This document shows positions 48,242-61,592 of a stretch of DNA of 64,000 nucleotides, piece after piece; the stretch's first letter is position 1; the number at the start of each line of letters is the position of its first letter. The notes below the pieces were generated by a model. It did not search any database, had not been told where the DNA came from, and saw only the letters and a list, made by a program, of their open reading frames with translations. This DNA comes from Octopus bimaculoides (lineage: Eukaryota), in the NCBI RefSeq assembly GCF_001194135.2, contig NC_068981.1, forward strand, positions 65,803,727-65,867,726, in the 5' to 3' direction. Position numbers and translations under genes: made by a program.

Positions 48242-49163
48242 TCATTTCTGGTTTGAATGACTCTGTACTTTTAATTCCTTTGCTGGTAATTCCACTGGTA
48301 AATTTTCTCCATTTCTCGTCATGGGTTGAGTTTCTTCTTCCATTCCTTTGCACTTCTTCACTTCCACTGTCAGCGGTGACTTTCTTCTCTCTCTTTTCCT
48401 GGGTTTTACCTCCACCAAATTCCCATCATATTCTGTTCTCTGCTTCTGCTTTTTTTCCACCACTGTCTCTTCCTGTACACTCTCTTCCACCATTTCTACT
48501 GCTGCTCTAGGGCATTTCCTTCTCAGGTGCCCTCTTTCACCACATCCATAACATTTTGGGGGTCTCCCCTCCAACATTACTTCCAGTTTTGCACCGTTTG
48601 GTAATTCCACAGTTTCCACCATTTCATCATAATATTCTGGGCTTACAGCACAAATTTCCAGGTTTTCACTTCCCTTCACCAGCTCTGAATTAAAAATTGC
48701 GACTATTACCCATTCTGGGTCTATTGACGGTGGGATTCATCCCACCCTGACCCTGACGATTCTTTTGCCCAGACAGTTCAGCATTAACATCCATCTCCCT
48801 CAGTATCAGTCTGTTGCCGTTCATTTTCACCTTCTCTCCTGATGCAAAGGTAACTATTATAGTCGCATATCACCTTCCTCTTGTAAAAAAGGTTCTCCCT
48901 TCACTCATTCGTTCCGTCAATATTTCCTCTATCTCTTCCTGCGGCACGTGCTCTATTCTCCTATTTTCATTCGAAAATGTTCTGAATATCACCGTCCTGC
49001 TTTCCAATTTTCTTTTGTTTATGTTTGACCCTTCTTTTTCTATCATGCCATAATATTATGCTATCTTCTCCTCATTCCACTCCATCCTCTTCAGCTTCAG
49101 CACACTTGGGTCTATGGTATCTTGACCTCCAGTAACTCCTGCGTAACTCTTCTTTTCTTCCAT
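48242..49163 (-). pseudogene. L1/Tx1-like ORF1 (gag-like) remnant with a CCHC knuckle
   Basis: MEEKKSYAGVTGG... start, RRM-like TVIFRTF/IIVTF, CYGCGERGHLRRKC, basic/acidic tail; in-frame stops and frameshifts. Confidence 0.65.
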
Positions 49164-50604
49164 TATTCACTTCCACCCAACGATGGTGGCTTCGCACAAA
49201 AAAAAATTCCACTTAGTATTCTTCAAAAAATAACAAAAACCGAGTCTGGTAGCTTGCTTCTGCTTGCAATATATATAAATTCAAGAGACACACAGTCGCT
49301 GATTTTGCAACAAGCAAAAATGCTAGTTCTAAAATCTCTCTAAGAGATCAATGCAATATAAAGCAATGTGTTCGGAGGTGAGAAAGGGGTTAGATGGGTG
49401 CTGATGAAGGGACAACAACCCCAAAATATGACATATACGTTCATTACCCACTTTTGTCTTTGATCTCATTGTTTGTTTACATCTGATGTCTCAGTATGAA
49501 ACGTTGTAGCAAAATTCAGTGCTGGCTACAATTTCTATAGAATATCTGTAGAAATAACCGTACCAAAATAATGTAAGAAGCACTGCTGAAGCAGTAGAAT
49601 ACACTATTGACTAATAAAAACATTTAGTATGCTTTATAGTATATTATGTTTGCATAACAAGCTACCATACACCTACAAATCATTAATTCAATAAGGTTTC
49701 TATACAAAGTATTGGAATTCCTACAGTGAACTTATTACATTCATTCATTTTATTTAATAATTTTTGTGGACACATACCATAGTTTCCTCAGACAATGATT
49801 ATTTTTTATTTGATGCTTGACATAGTTTTCCTGTGGTTACATAACATAAGTATTTAAGTATTTGTAACGAGAGTATAGCTGTCACTCACAAACAAGTATA
49901 ACTTGATGATAAGTACCTTGCTCTCACTAAATACTTTAGGTGGATCTATGTAGTTGTGAGCAAATGCTTTGACCCTGTAGAACATCAAAGATGTGACAGC
50001 TGGGAGGAGAGAGGGCTACACCATCAGATAGCTGCTACTTATATCAACATGGTGGACTGGAGTAATGTGAAATAAAGTGCTTTGCTCAAGGACACAACAT
50101 ACTACCATAGTCCAAGAAGTGAGTTCATGACCTTCTGATCATGAGGTCAATACCTTAACCACGAGACTAAACACCATCACATTAGTAGCATACATGATCA
50201 GAAATCCAGATAAATATTTATGATAAGGAATTTAACAAGGAGTTTTGAGACCACACTTAAGAATTTAGTTGACTCTATTGTTATAATTATTTTAGTCTTT
50301 GAATTTATATTCTAGAATGGTTTGGATGTGTCTGTAACAGAACAATTCTTTAAGTATTTCAGTCTTTCACCATATCTTCCATAAATCCCTATGTTTTTTT
50401 TTTGTTTTTTGCTTTTAATCTGTCTTAACTACTTCTTCGGTCTGTTATTGGTATCATCTTCCTACCACCAACTTATAACAATAATATATCCTTCATATAC
50501 ATTTTATATCTCAATACTAAAGTAGCCATCTCTCCTACGAACATCAGCCAATGTTTTAATGCCCGGCTGATTTCTTTACAAAGTGAGAAATTTTTCTGAA
50601 CTAT

Positions 50605-51008
50605 GGGTGCAGGCATAGCTGTCTGGTAAGAGGTTTGATTCCCAACTTAATGGTTCTGGGTTCAGTCCCACCATGTGGCATCTTGAGCAAGTGTCTTCTA
50701 CTATAGCCTCAGGCCAACTAAAGCCTTGTGAGTGAATTTGGTAAATGGAAACTGAAAGAAGCTCATCTTGTATCTGCCTGTCTGTGAGTCTGTGTGTCTT
50801 TGCGACTGTGTTTGTCCCCCACCACTGCTTGACAACTGCTGTTGGTGCATTTACATTTATGTAACTTAGCAGTTTGGCATCAGAGGCCAATAGAATTAGT
50901 ACCAGGCTTATTAAAAAAATAAGAACCGAGGTCGATTCATTTGACTAAAAATTCTTTAAAACAATGTCCCAGCATAGCTGCAGTCTAATGACCAAAACAA
51001 GTAAAAGA
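50605..51008 (+). mobile_element. Family A SINE
   Basis: Colinear with the other family A copies. Confidence 0.8.
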
Positions 51009-51386
51009 TTATCTAAACATCAGCAGATGGTTCTACCTCCAGAAGTAAATTGTCACAAACCAGACTGTTAATATATAAATATTATGATACAATGCTGCCT
51101 TGTAACATAAATTACATGAAACATAGACTACAATGAAAATATGGATTCATTCCAAATGCAACATAATTCCATACACTTTGTAAAAACCTGTTGCACAACC
51201 CATAGTCAGTTTCTGGGTCACTAGTTTAGGCATTGTTGCGTGTCAAAAACAAGTCAGCCAAGAAGATCCTATTGCTCTTCAAAAAGCTCTGAAGTTGTAT
51301 GTTCAAACTGTTTATAAACTCAGTGGATATATTCAAAGATATGAGAATACTACCAATACAAATACACAAACATGCACACGCACACA

Positions 51387-51419
<33 letters not shown>

Positions 51420-51494
51420 GTGTGCATGCAAGCAAACAAAAATTAGTTAAGGGAAATAAGTCGTAGCGATGATTGGCTTGTATTCGGACACAAT

Positions 51495-51880
51495 CATAAT
51501 CATCATCATTTAACATCTGCATTCTGTGCTGGCATGGTTTGACAGGAGTTGGCTAGACGAAAGACTGCACCAGGCTTCAGTGTCTGTTTTGACATGGTTT
51601 TTTTTTTTACAGCTGGATGCCCTTCCTAACATCAACCACCTTACAGAGTGGACTGAGTGCTTTTTGCATGGCACCAGCACAGGTAAAGTCAGTTCTGGCA
51701 TGGCTTTTACAGTTGGATGTCCTTCCAAATGCCAACAACTTTACAGAATGTGCTCGATGCTTTTTTACGTGGCACCAACACTGGCAGGGTCACCAAGTAA
51801 CTTGCAAGACAAAGATCTTTTGAGACGGGAAGGGGCATTGGAGAAGGTGATCTTGTGCCAGATGATGAAAGGTTAGAGTA
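51495..51880 (-). mobile_element. Family C retroposon
   Basis: catcatcatttaacatctgc...acagctggatgcccttcctaac is the reverse of the family C tail. Confidence 0.75.
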
Positions 51881-51933
51881 TGGCAGAGAGATAGAAACAA
51901 GTATCTTGCTGTAGGGAAGATACATAGTTACCA

Positions 51934-51936
<3 letters not shown>

Positions 51937-51973
<37 letters not shown>

Positions 51974-52063
51974 AGAGAGAGAGAAAGAGAGAGAGGGAGA
52001 NNNNNNNNNNAGAGAGAGAGAGAGAGAGAGAGAGGGAGGGAGAGAGAGAGAAAGAGAGAGAGG

Positions 52064-52095
<32 letters not shown>

Positions 52096-52100
52096 AAGAG
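51937..52100. repeat. (GA)n-rich microsatellite with a short gap
   Basis: Direct reading. Confidence 0.95.
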
Positions 52101-52599
52101 GGGACAGAAACACACACACTATTCAGCTGCTTTCAAAGATACGAAATGAATTTATGTATCTTAAATTCTTTAAACACTTTAAAAAGTTCTTTTAAATATA
52201 AACATTTAAATACAAAATTGTTTGTGTTATCACATTAAACAAATAATGTTTTATTGCTGGACTATTATAACTCTTGACACAATATCTAAATATATAATTG
52301 GGAAAACGACTAATTGAAAAAAACAAGCACATTTAAAGTGGCTATATCCTCATTTATTATCTAGAAAAACACAAATGTACACATGATAACCTTGTCTGCC
52401 TTGATTCTATTTAGATCAAAGCTGATAAGTGTAACAGAACAAATGATTTACTCTCAACAAACTGATTTTAGAAGCCTGTTTCAATTTTGCACTTCATTTG
52501 TACCAATAATGCTTCTAAAATAACCATTAGGAGTATTCACAGGGCGGTTTCTCCTTCCTTATAAATTTGATATATTGTACCAAAGTTAGAAAGCAATCT

Positions 52600-52828
52600 T
52601 ATTTCTTTATTACCCACAAGGGGCTAAACATAGAGGAGACAAACAGGGACAGACAAAGGGATTAAGTCGATTGCATCGACCCCAGTGTGTAACTGGTACT
52701 TAATTTATCAACCCTGAAAGTATGAAAGGCAAAGTCGACCTCGGTGGAATTTGAACTCAGAACGTAACGGCAGACAAAATGCCACTAAGCATTTCACCCG
52801 GCATGCTAACGTTTCTGCCAGCTCGCCA
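52600..52828 (-). mobile_element. Full-length family B SINE
   Basis: 14-bp TSD TTAGAAAGCAATCT at 52586-52599 and 52829-52842. Confidence 0.9.
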
Positions 52829-52959
52829 TTAGAAAGCAATCTAAAAATATCTTCTGTTGTTGTTTAGTCAAACCTAGAGTCAAAGGAATTCCAAATATTG
52901 ACCTCCTGGTTATTTATTTATTTTGCTATGGAAACAATTATTGACTAAATTCTAACAAA

Positions 52960-53300
52960 TGCCACTAAATGTTTATCCTGGCCTCTTAAAGAAATAGAGA
53001 AGCCATGAATTATTTTGTGAACCTGTCACTGTGGCTCCAAAAATGAAATAGTGCAGAATACTAATGTTATAGTCATTTAATAGATATAAACTGAAAGCTG
53101 ATGATTCAAGTCGGTACATAACATAGTTGATGTTAACAATGCAGCCAATGATCAAGAAGACTCTCTCAGCTCTATTTAATTCACTGATGGCCATTCTCAC
53201 AATCTGAAGCTGACATTCAGAGCACCCATTATGTTACTAGAAAATTTAGATGCACCAAGATTACGAAATAGTCAAAGACTAGCTGTTTAAATTCTTATCG
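52960..53300 (+). mobile_element. Decayed Helitron helicase fragment
   Basis: FKSVHNIVDVNNAANDQEDSLSSI*FTDGHSHNLKLTFRAPIMLLENLDAPRLRNSQRLAV aligns by eye to YKSIDTV...YPTEFLNSL..PGLPPHNLxLKxGxPIMLLRNLxxPRLCNGTRLAV. Confidence 0.75.
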
Positions 53301-53424
53301 CTTATTATGTTGTTGTAAAATTAATTTTGCATCATTGATTTCTTTTTTTGTTAATCCTGTTGAATTATTTTTGTCATTCAGTTTTCTGTTGAAATGTGAA
53401 TCAGTGTTGCAAAGATAAGACATT

Positions 53425-54115
53425 GGTCTTCTGGAAGAAAGTCTTCCCAGTGCAATCTGCATGTTAGTGGAACATCACTAAAACAATTGAAGAAGTTTTC
53501 ATATCTTGAGGCTGTATCCATGTGATGGGAAGAAGGAGCTTGAATGCGATACTAGAATTGTAGGTGCTGACACAGTAATGCACCAGCTTCAGCATTTGAT
53601 CCTCAAAAGAGAAGAGGTTGGTGAAAAAAGCTAAATTCACTATATTCAATTCAGTTTTTGTGCCTGTCCTCAATTATGGTCATGAATTTTGGGTAATGAC
53701 TGAAAGAGAAAGATCATGAATACAAATGGCCAATATTGGGTTCCTCTGAGGGATCTCTCAAGTAACATTATTAAGCATTGTGAATAGCTTGGAGATCAGA
53801 GAGTCTCTCCAAGTTGATCTACCACTTCTCCAAATTGATAGGTCCCAGCTCTGGTACTACAGACATGTGATAAGAATGTCAAAAGAAAGAATTGCATAAC
53901 AGATTCTTCAAGCTAAGCTAGCCGGTAGGAAACCTAGGGGTAGACTAAGAATGAGGTGATTGGATAACATCCATATTCTCAATTGGTCGTGCTTGGGAAT
54001 CCAGCAGGAATGTGTAATAACAGTTGCTTCTAATAGGACCTTATGAAGATGCCTGATGATTCTACTTCCATGACCCTCTGAGGAAGACTGAGTGGAGATG
54101 ACGAATGGATGGTTC
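53425..54115 (+). mobile_element. 5'-truncated RTE-clade LINE
   Basis: KKFSYL...AKFTIFNSVFVPVLNYGHEFWVMTE...RSQLWYYRHVIRM...GRKPRGRLRMR*LDNI, the RTE ORF C-terminus. Confidence 0.85.
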
Positions 54116-54979
54116 ATTTTTATGTTGTTTAAGATTGGAAGGCATAGTTAAGGAGATTTTGCTGTGATTTCTAGCAGGTCAAGTGACTGTATAGAAGCTC
54201 ATCATGAATTAAAATAATCAAGGAGCTTACTCAATAAATAAATCATAGTGATATGGGTAATAATCTAGCAAAAGTACTTTAAAACAAATGAATACAATAT
54301 TATTATAGCAATGTTAATGATAAACAAATGAATGACATTTTTTACTAATGTTCAACCAGTTTTATTTACAGCAAATCAATGTAGTTTCATTTCATTCAAG
54401 ACCAAATCTATGAAATAAATAAACTATTATAGAATATACTGTTTGTGAAAAGTAATAACAATTTTTTCAACTGCTCAGCCACCTCATGTGTCATTGCATC
54501 ATATCCACTCAAATGCTTTTAAGTAACTATAGAAAAGTTCATCAACTTATATTTCCTAGCTCATGAGACTTACTTAATTGTTTTCTCTAGAAAAAAAAAA
54601 AAAAAAACTCCCTTCAAAAGGCATTCTGTATCATATGACTATAATGTCAGATTGTTGGGTGAGGCTTCATAGTTGGATCCAGTACCTTGCTATATACTAC
54701 AGTGTTGTAATATAAATCTACAGTGACAATTCACATGCAATAACTATGTGCCAGTACTATGTTGTCTTCACACTCCCAGGTCTCATTGTAATCACAACAA
54801 CAATGGCAGCAGCAGCAGTGGTGGCAACAACAACAAAGTTCCTACATTCACATGCTGCCAGATGAAGAATCTGAAAAATGGGTAGAAATCTGTCAGTAAG
54901 TTCCCAACTACATGGTTCCAGGTTCAGTCTCACTCTGTTCCCACTATGTGACACCTTGGGCAAGTGTCTTCTACTATAA

Positions 54980-55021
<42 letters not shown>

Positions 55022-55799
55022 AACTTACTGTGGTCAAGGCTGTGTGGCATTCAATTACAAATAAATAAAATGAAAAATGCAAATTGTGTACAGGACATCT
55101 CCAATGAATCTCTGTAACTTAGTGGTTCAGCAAAAGAGAACTATAGAATAAATATCGGGCTTATGAAATAAGTGCTAAGGTCTATTCATTTTACTAAAAC
55201 CCTTAATGTTTGTCTTTGTCAATTGTTTACTCTGTGCATCCACTCTTTTGTTGTTTGTTTGTTTGTTTGAAGCTCTAACACTCCATGAATTTTATATTTC
55301 AAAAATTTCTGGATGCTGCTGTCTTATGAAGTTCCCTATATTATGGTTAAAAGCATGAAATAGGAGTAATAAACAGCTTGACAACTGATGAGGAGTTACC
55401 TTCTTTTAGTACTTTGTCCTGTACTTTTCTCTTGTGTGTTTACATATTTTTCACTCATTGGTGATGTCCTGTATACAATGTGTATTTTTCATTTTATGTG
55501 TGTGTGTGTGTGTGTGTGTCTCTCTTTGCTTGTCCCCACCATCACCGCTTGACAGTTGGTATCGGTGTGTTTATGTCTCTGTAACGTAGCAGTTCAGCAA
55601 AAGAGACCTATAGAATAAGTACCAGGCTTATGAAATAAGTGCTGGGGTCTATTTGTTTGACTAAAACCCTTCAATGCAGTACACCAGCATGGCCACAGTC
55701 AAATGATTGAAACAAGTAAAAGAATAATGAAAGTAAGGCTGTTATATAGAAAATAGTCTGTGTAGCAAAAAAATTTAATCAAAATATTTATTACTACTT

Positions 55800-56030
55800 T
55801 CGTTATCCTCCTCCTCCTCCTCTTCAGTTTCCTTTTCCTTCTCATTCTCCTCCTCCTCATCATCATCACTATTATTATCACCAGTTATCACCGTCACCGT
55901 TATCATCATCATCATCATCATTGTCATTGCTGTTGCCATCATCACCACAGTCAGCACCACCTTGATGATGACAACCACAACTGCAATAACCAGCACAATA
56001 ACAACCCCACCTCCACCCCCACCCCATCAT
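55800..56030. repeat. Compound trinucleotide tract (TCC, CAT, CAC)
   Basis: Direct reading. Confidence 0.85.
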
Positions 56031-56559
56031 CAGCACTATATTTGTCAATATATGCTTCTCTATTATCCTCATCATTATTATGCTATATTGTTGTCATCTA
56101 CATTAATTGTCTTGATGACATCTCTAATTATATAGAATGTAGGATTCTTAATTTTAGGTGGTAAATAAGATTTAATCCATTGTCCAGTTTAACATGATAA
56201 TTTGTTCCTTGGGGGCAAAAGCTGGCCTTTAGCGGAGCCCACTGTGTTACAAGCAATAGATAATTCCAAAACAAAATTCCAAATAAAAAACAATCATAGA
56301 ATGTAAAGCACAACCAAATGAAAAAAAAGTATTTCTTTTTCCAAATGAAATTAACTTTTTTCTAAGGTTGAACTTTTTGATTTACCAATATGTATGCTAC
56401 TTGGGGCGTGTGTGTGTGTGTGTGTGTGTGTGTTGTGTTTTAATTGAAAGTCCCAAACAAGGCAGAAAGCTATTTAATGCAAGGGACTATGAAGGAGAAA
56501 TTAGATGAAAGGAATGAATTTACTTTAGACTTGAAAGTATTCAGGTCATATATATATTA

Positions 56560-57035
56560 TCATCGTTTATCATTTAACGTCCACTTTCCATGCTAGTATG
56601 GGTTGGATGATTTGACTGAGGACTGATGGACCAGGAGGCAACACCAGGCTCCAATCTGATTNNNNNNNNNNNNNNNNNNNNNNNNNNNNNNNNNNNNNNN
56701 NNNNNNNNNNNNNNNNNNNNNNNNNNNNNNNNNNNNNNNNNNNNNNNNNNNNNNNNNNNNNNNNNNNNNNNNNNNNNNNNNNNNNNNNNNNNNNNNNNNN
56801 NNNNNNNNNNNNNNNNNNNNNNNNNNNNNNNNNNNNNNNNNNNNNNNNNNNNNNNNNNNNNNNNNNNNNNNNNNNNNNNNNNNNNNNNNNNNNNNNNNNN
56901 NNNNNNNNNNNNNNNNNNAATGACTTTTCACGTGCCACTGGCACAAGTGCCTGGAGGGCGACGCTGGTAACGATCATGCTCAAATGGTGGTGCCCTCACG
57001 ATTTCGCTTTTGCTTACCCCAACAGGTCTTCGCAA
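56560..57035 (-). mobile_element. Family C retroposon, long form (spans an N-gap)
   Basis: Reverse complement of the 6267-6808 type. Confidence 0.75.
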
Positions 57036-57240
57036 CACACACACACACACCAAGAAGCATACATATTGGTAGATGAAAAAGTTCAACCATAGAAAAAAGT
57101 TAATTTCATTTGGAAAAAGAAATACTTTTTTTTCATTTGGTTGTGCTTTACATTCTATGATTGTTTTTTATTTGGAATTTTATTTTGGAATTATCTATTG
57201 CTGCTGCACTAGCAGTGGGGATGGGTTTTGTAGGATTTGT

Positions 57241-57450
57241 GGAGGCATACGGCTTAGTGGTTAGGGTATTGTACTCATGGTCATAAGCTTGTGGTTTTGA
57301 TTCCTGAACCAGGTGATGCATTATGTTTTTGAGTAAAACACTTTATTTCATGTTACTCCGGGTCATTCAGCCAGCAAACAATAGTAATTCTGTGATGGAC
57401 CAGTGTCCTGTCCATTTGGGGAAATATATATCCCAAAGAATTGGCATATA
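57241..57450 (+). mobile_element. tRNA-derived V-like SINE, decayed
   Basis: ggcttagtggttaggg A box, tttgattcctg B box, tgtgatggaccagtgtcctgtcca. Confidence 0.6.
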
Positions 57451-59782
57451 TAAGAATTGGCAAATATCTATGCCAATGAAATCAGCATTATGAGCATGTG
57501 ATTCAGAAATGAAGTTTAATCTTTTAGAAATTTTAACTGAAACTGTGAGATGTTATAAAATTTGCTATTCTCCCCATTCTATGATGTGAAGGAGAGTGTA
57601 ATTATGTAACAACAAAATATCTTGTTTTTGACACAGCACTGGAATGCATAATTGCATGAAAAATATTATTTTTTTTATGTAATAGCCACAATTAATATCC
57701 TGCAAATCACATTTTATTCTTCTTTCTAAGTACACAAATTTAAAATATCACAACTCTAAGTTCAATTATTTGCCAATATTTGTTAATCAAAATTGATAAT
57801 TATAAAGTGTTGCTTGCAAAACATAAAATATACTGGGAAACTTTTTTTACAAACACAAATGATTTTTGCTATATTTTTGTCGTTAGTAAAGTCTATTGAA
57901 AACTTATGAAAGATTTTCTTTTTAAAACCTCTATTCTGAGCACAAGCTAGTGATGTTTAAGGTTTTATAAACTAAAGTAAAGTTTCATTTTCTTTTATTG
58001 TTCAAACACATAACTTTTACCTCTTACTTGTTTCAGTCATTAAGGCTGTGGCCATGCTGGAGCACCGCCTAAGAGAATTTTTTGTTTGAATGAACTGAAC
58101 CAGTACTTTTATTTTTTTTTAGGCCTGGTACTTATTCTAACAGTTTTGTTTTACCAAAGTGCCAAGTTACAAGGATGTAAACACACCAACACCGGTTGTC
58201 AAGTGGTGGTGGGGGACAAACACAGATATAAAGACAGACACACATAGATATATACATATATAAGATAAGATGTGCCCAGTGTAAGCTATGGACACATAAG
58301 AGGTGCAGCAATATCAGAGAAAGGTTAACTGGGAAAATAGCTTTTATGTGAGGAAGATGCACCCATTACACTCTTGGAGTGGTTGGCATTAGGAAGGGAA
58401 ACGATACCAAATCAGACTGGAGTCTGGTGCAGCCTTCCAGCTTGCCAGCCTTGGTCAAACCATCCAACCCATGCCAGCTGGGATAACGGGCGTTAAATGA
58501 TGATAACGATGATGATATATGACAGGCTTCTTTTTCAGTTTCCATCTACCAAATCCACTCACAAGGCTTTGGTTTGCTTGACACTTGCTCAAGGTGCCAC
58601 AGGTTAAAGCAATAACCTTTCACATTTTTTTCTTCATCCTCTCTAACCGAAGCTGTTATTCCATTGGTTAATATGCTTCTTGCAGCTAGTTTGGGTTAGT
58701 TAATGAGGTGTTAGTACTCAAGTACTAACACCTTGTAGTTGTTTTGTTTGTAGAGAGAGAGAGAGAGCCTCTTATCAAATAAGCATTTCTTAATAGATAT
58801 ACAAACTATTTGCAAGTGATTTTGACACTATTTCTCACCAGCTGTAGGGAAGGTATGAGGAGGAACAAGATTATTGAGACTAAGTTCTTGAAATTCTAAA
58901 CAAGTAGCTTCTTTATTCAAACAAGTTATGTCTGTGCTGTGTAGCCTATCAAGCTATTCAGATAATACTTTCTAGGACACAATACATTACAAGAAACTAT
59001 AGATGTAGATTAGTAATAATGTGTTCATGGACTGAGTAAGTTGAATTCAAGTAATAACAGCAATTGTTAAGTGAAACTTTCGGTTTACAATAACGGCAGT
59101 TTTTGTTTTGTTTTGTTTTATTCCTTAAAAACAGTCAATCTGAATGGATTCAAACTGGATATTAACCACATCAATCTCTTACCAATATGGGAAAGCTTGA
59201 AGAGCTAATAAGCAGAAATCTGCCTCCTTTACCTTTTTCCCCATTGCCCTTCTTCTTTCCTCCTCCTCCTCCTTCCATTCCCTTTCTCCTCCTCCTTTCA
59301 CCTCCGCCTTAACCTTCCCCAAATAAAAACAACTTTAAAATAAACCAATTAGGAAACTTCAAGATGGTCCCTCAACCTATTAAAATTAACTACCGACTCT
59401 CTCCCTCTCTCTTTTTCTCTTACTTTCTACAGATCATTAGCAATCATGACAGCCTTCATAGTCATTTAACGAGCATCCTCCAGACATTCTTTGAAGGTGT
59501 GGATGTAGGTAATCACAAAAGGTTGCAAGTTAAAGTTTTCTTTTATGCATTACTAACTTTAACAAGTTACAAGCGACACTTTCTCAGGGAGCTACAAATG
59601 TTTCTCACTGGCAAGAACAGGTCAAGATGGGCGTGGGTCATGTTCCCTACTGTGTCTTGGTAACAAATGTTGGAACTTCGTAGGACACATTTGCTCTCAG
59701 TGTTACAATGTAGCAGTGTTTCTTTTAGGGTTTTCTCCCATTTTTCCTCTAACATCTAACACCCTTTAGTCACCGGGTAGTA

Positions 59783-61014
59783 CAGGGGTTGGACAAAATA
59801 ATGGAAACAGCTAGCATCATAGCATCATAATTTTGAAATATCTATAAAACTGTCAAAAGCTTGTTTATTTTTATGGTTTTTGATTTATCATTAGTGTTGC
59901 TTAAAATGTTTTGGTAAAATTGCTGTTTCTTTTCAGCGCCCTGAAAAAGTAATTAAAATTCATTAAAATGACAGATCTATCGGACATTCAAAGAGGTCAA
60001 ATTGTTGGTGCTTGTATGGCAGGCAGTAGCGTAACAAAAACAGCCGAAATGTTTGGTATATCAAGAAGTACGGTCTTGAAAGTAATGACAGCCTTTGAGA
60101 AAGAGGGAAAAATCTGCTTATCAAAACAAAACTCTGGAAGAAAACCAAAACTTTCAGGTAGGGACCATCGGACTGTTACGTGAATTGTTAGAAAAGATCA
60201 CAAAAGTACAGCTCCCAAAATTACTGCAGTGCTTAATGACCACCTCAAGAACCCAGTTTCCTCAAAAGCTGTTCACTAGGAGCTGCACAAAGCTGGATTT
60301 TACAGGAGGGCTGCAATCAGAAAACCACAATTTTCAAAAACAAATATTGCAAAGCGTTTATGGAGTAAAATTGGCCCCCAGAGCAGTGGAAGAATGTTAT
60401 TTTCTCGGACGAGTCATCCTTTACCTTATTTCTGACCACTGGCCAAGTATACGTGTGGAGACAGTCAAAAGAAGCATTTGACCCAGATTGCCTTCTTCCA
60501 ACTGTTAAACATGGAGGAGGATCTGTGATGATCTGAGGGGCTATATCTTGGAAACCTGCTGGCCCAATGGTTTCCCTTCATGGCAGAATTAATAGTCAAG
60601 ACTATTTAAGCATTTTATCTGATCAAATTCATCCTATGGTTGTGGAATCGTTTCCAGAGGGAAACGCAATCTTTCAAGATGATAATGCACCAATTCACTC
60701 AGCTAAAGTTGTTACTGAATGGCACACGGAACATTCTAGTGAAGTTAAACATATCTAGCCACCACAGTCTCCAGATCTCAATATTATTGAACATTTATGG
60801 TGCATTTTAGAAAAATAAGTAAGGAGTCGGTATCCTCCACCATCATCACTATTGATGATGGAGACTTTTAGTTGAAGAATGGACAAAAATTCCTTTGGAA
60901 ACACTTCAAACTTTGTATGAGTCCATACCTCGTAGAATTCAAGCTGTCTTACCCCATATTAAAATTAATTTGTTTGAAATTTTAAGGTGTTTCCATTATT
61001 TTGTTCAACCCCTG
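59783..61014 (+). mobile_element. Full-length Tc1-like DNA transposon (1232 bp)
   Basis: 27-bp TIRs caggggttg(g/a)acaaaataatggaaaca with one mismatch; TA on both sides. Confidence 0.95.
59968..60960 (+). pseudogene. Tc1-like transposase with stops and frameshifts
   Basis: MTDLSDIQRGQIVG HTH; GRKPKLS; IFSDESS; FQDDNAPIH; SPDLNIIEHLW. Confidence 0.92.
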
Positions 61015-61348
61015 TAGTTTAACTACTTAAAGCAGGGGTATTTAACTTCTTCAGACTTTATACATCTGCATACTCACTTCGTCTTAATAAATGATACATT
61101 TGATAATTTAATCCTAGATACATTGTCTGAAGAAAAGAAAAGGAGGAGGATCATAGTTTGAGTGTGTGTTTGAATAAAAGTCTACTAAACTGAGGCTGTC
61201 TAGCAGCACTAGATTAATCATTAAGCAAAATAAGCATGTGCTTAGGGCATCAAGGGAAGTGGGGGGCACCACAGGATTGGTAAATGGTTTACAACACAAA
61301 AGAAATCACTTTAAACTTGCTAAAATAATATTCAGGATGCCTTATTTC

Positions 61349-61592
61349 TTATATTTTTATTTTTTTATTGCCCACAAGGGGCTAAACATAGAGGGGACAA
61401 ACAAGGATAGAGAAAGGGATTAAATCAATTCCATTGACACCAGTGCATAACTGGTACTTAATTTATTGACCCCGAAAGGATGAAAGGTAAAGTCGACCTT
61501 GGCGGAATTTGAACTCAGAACGTCAAGGCAGACGAAATACTGCTAAGCATTTAGCCAGGTGTGCTAATGTTTCTGCTAGCTTGCCACCTGCT
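61349..61592 (-). mobile_element. Full-length family B SINE
   Basis: 15-bp TSD AGGATGCCTTATTTC at 61334-61348 and 61593-61607. Confidence 0.88.

Noticed and set aside
52973-53200. Hydrophobic minus-strand ORF resembling a receptor fragment
   Set aside because: It is the antisense of a Helitron helicase remnant on the plus strand.
55357-55391. GAAA...GTA...CTGATGA resembling a Penelope-type hammerhead ribozyme core
   Set aside because: Core motifs are in type II order, but I could not pair helices I or II. At most a dead remnant; an Infernal search would settle it.
58706-58733. 13-bp perfect hairpin aggtgttagtact-ca-agtactaacacct
   Set aside because: Too short for a pre-miRNA and without supporting context; probably a small template-switch event.
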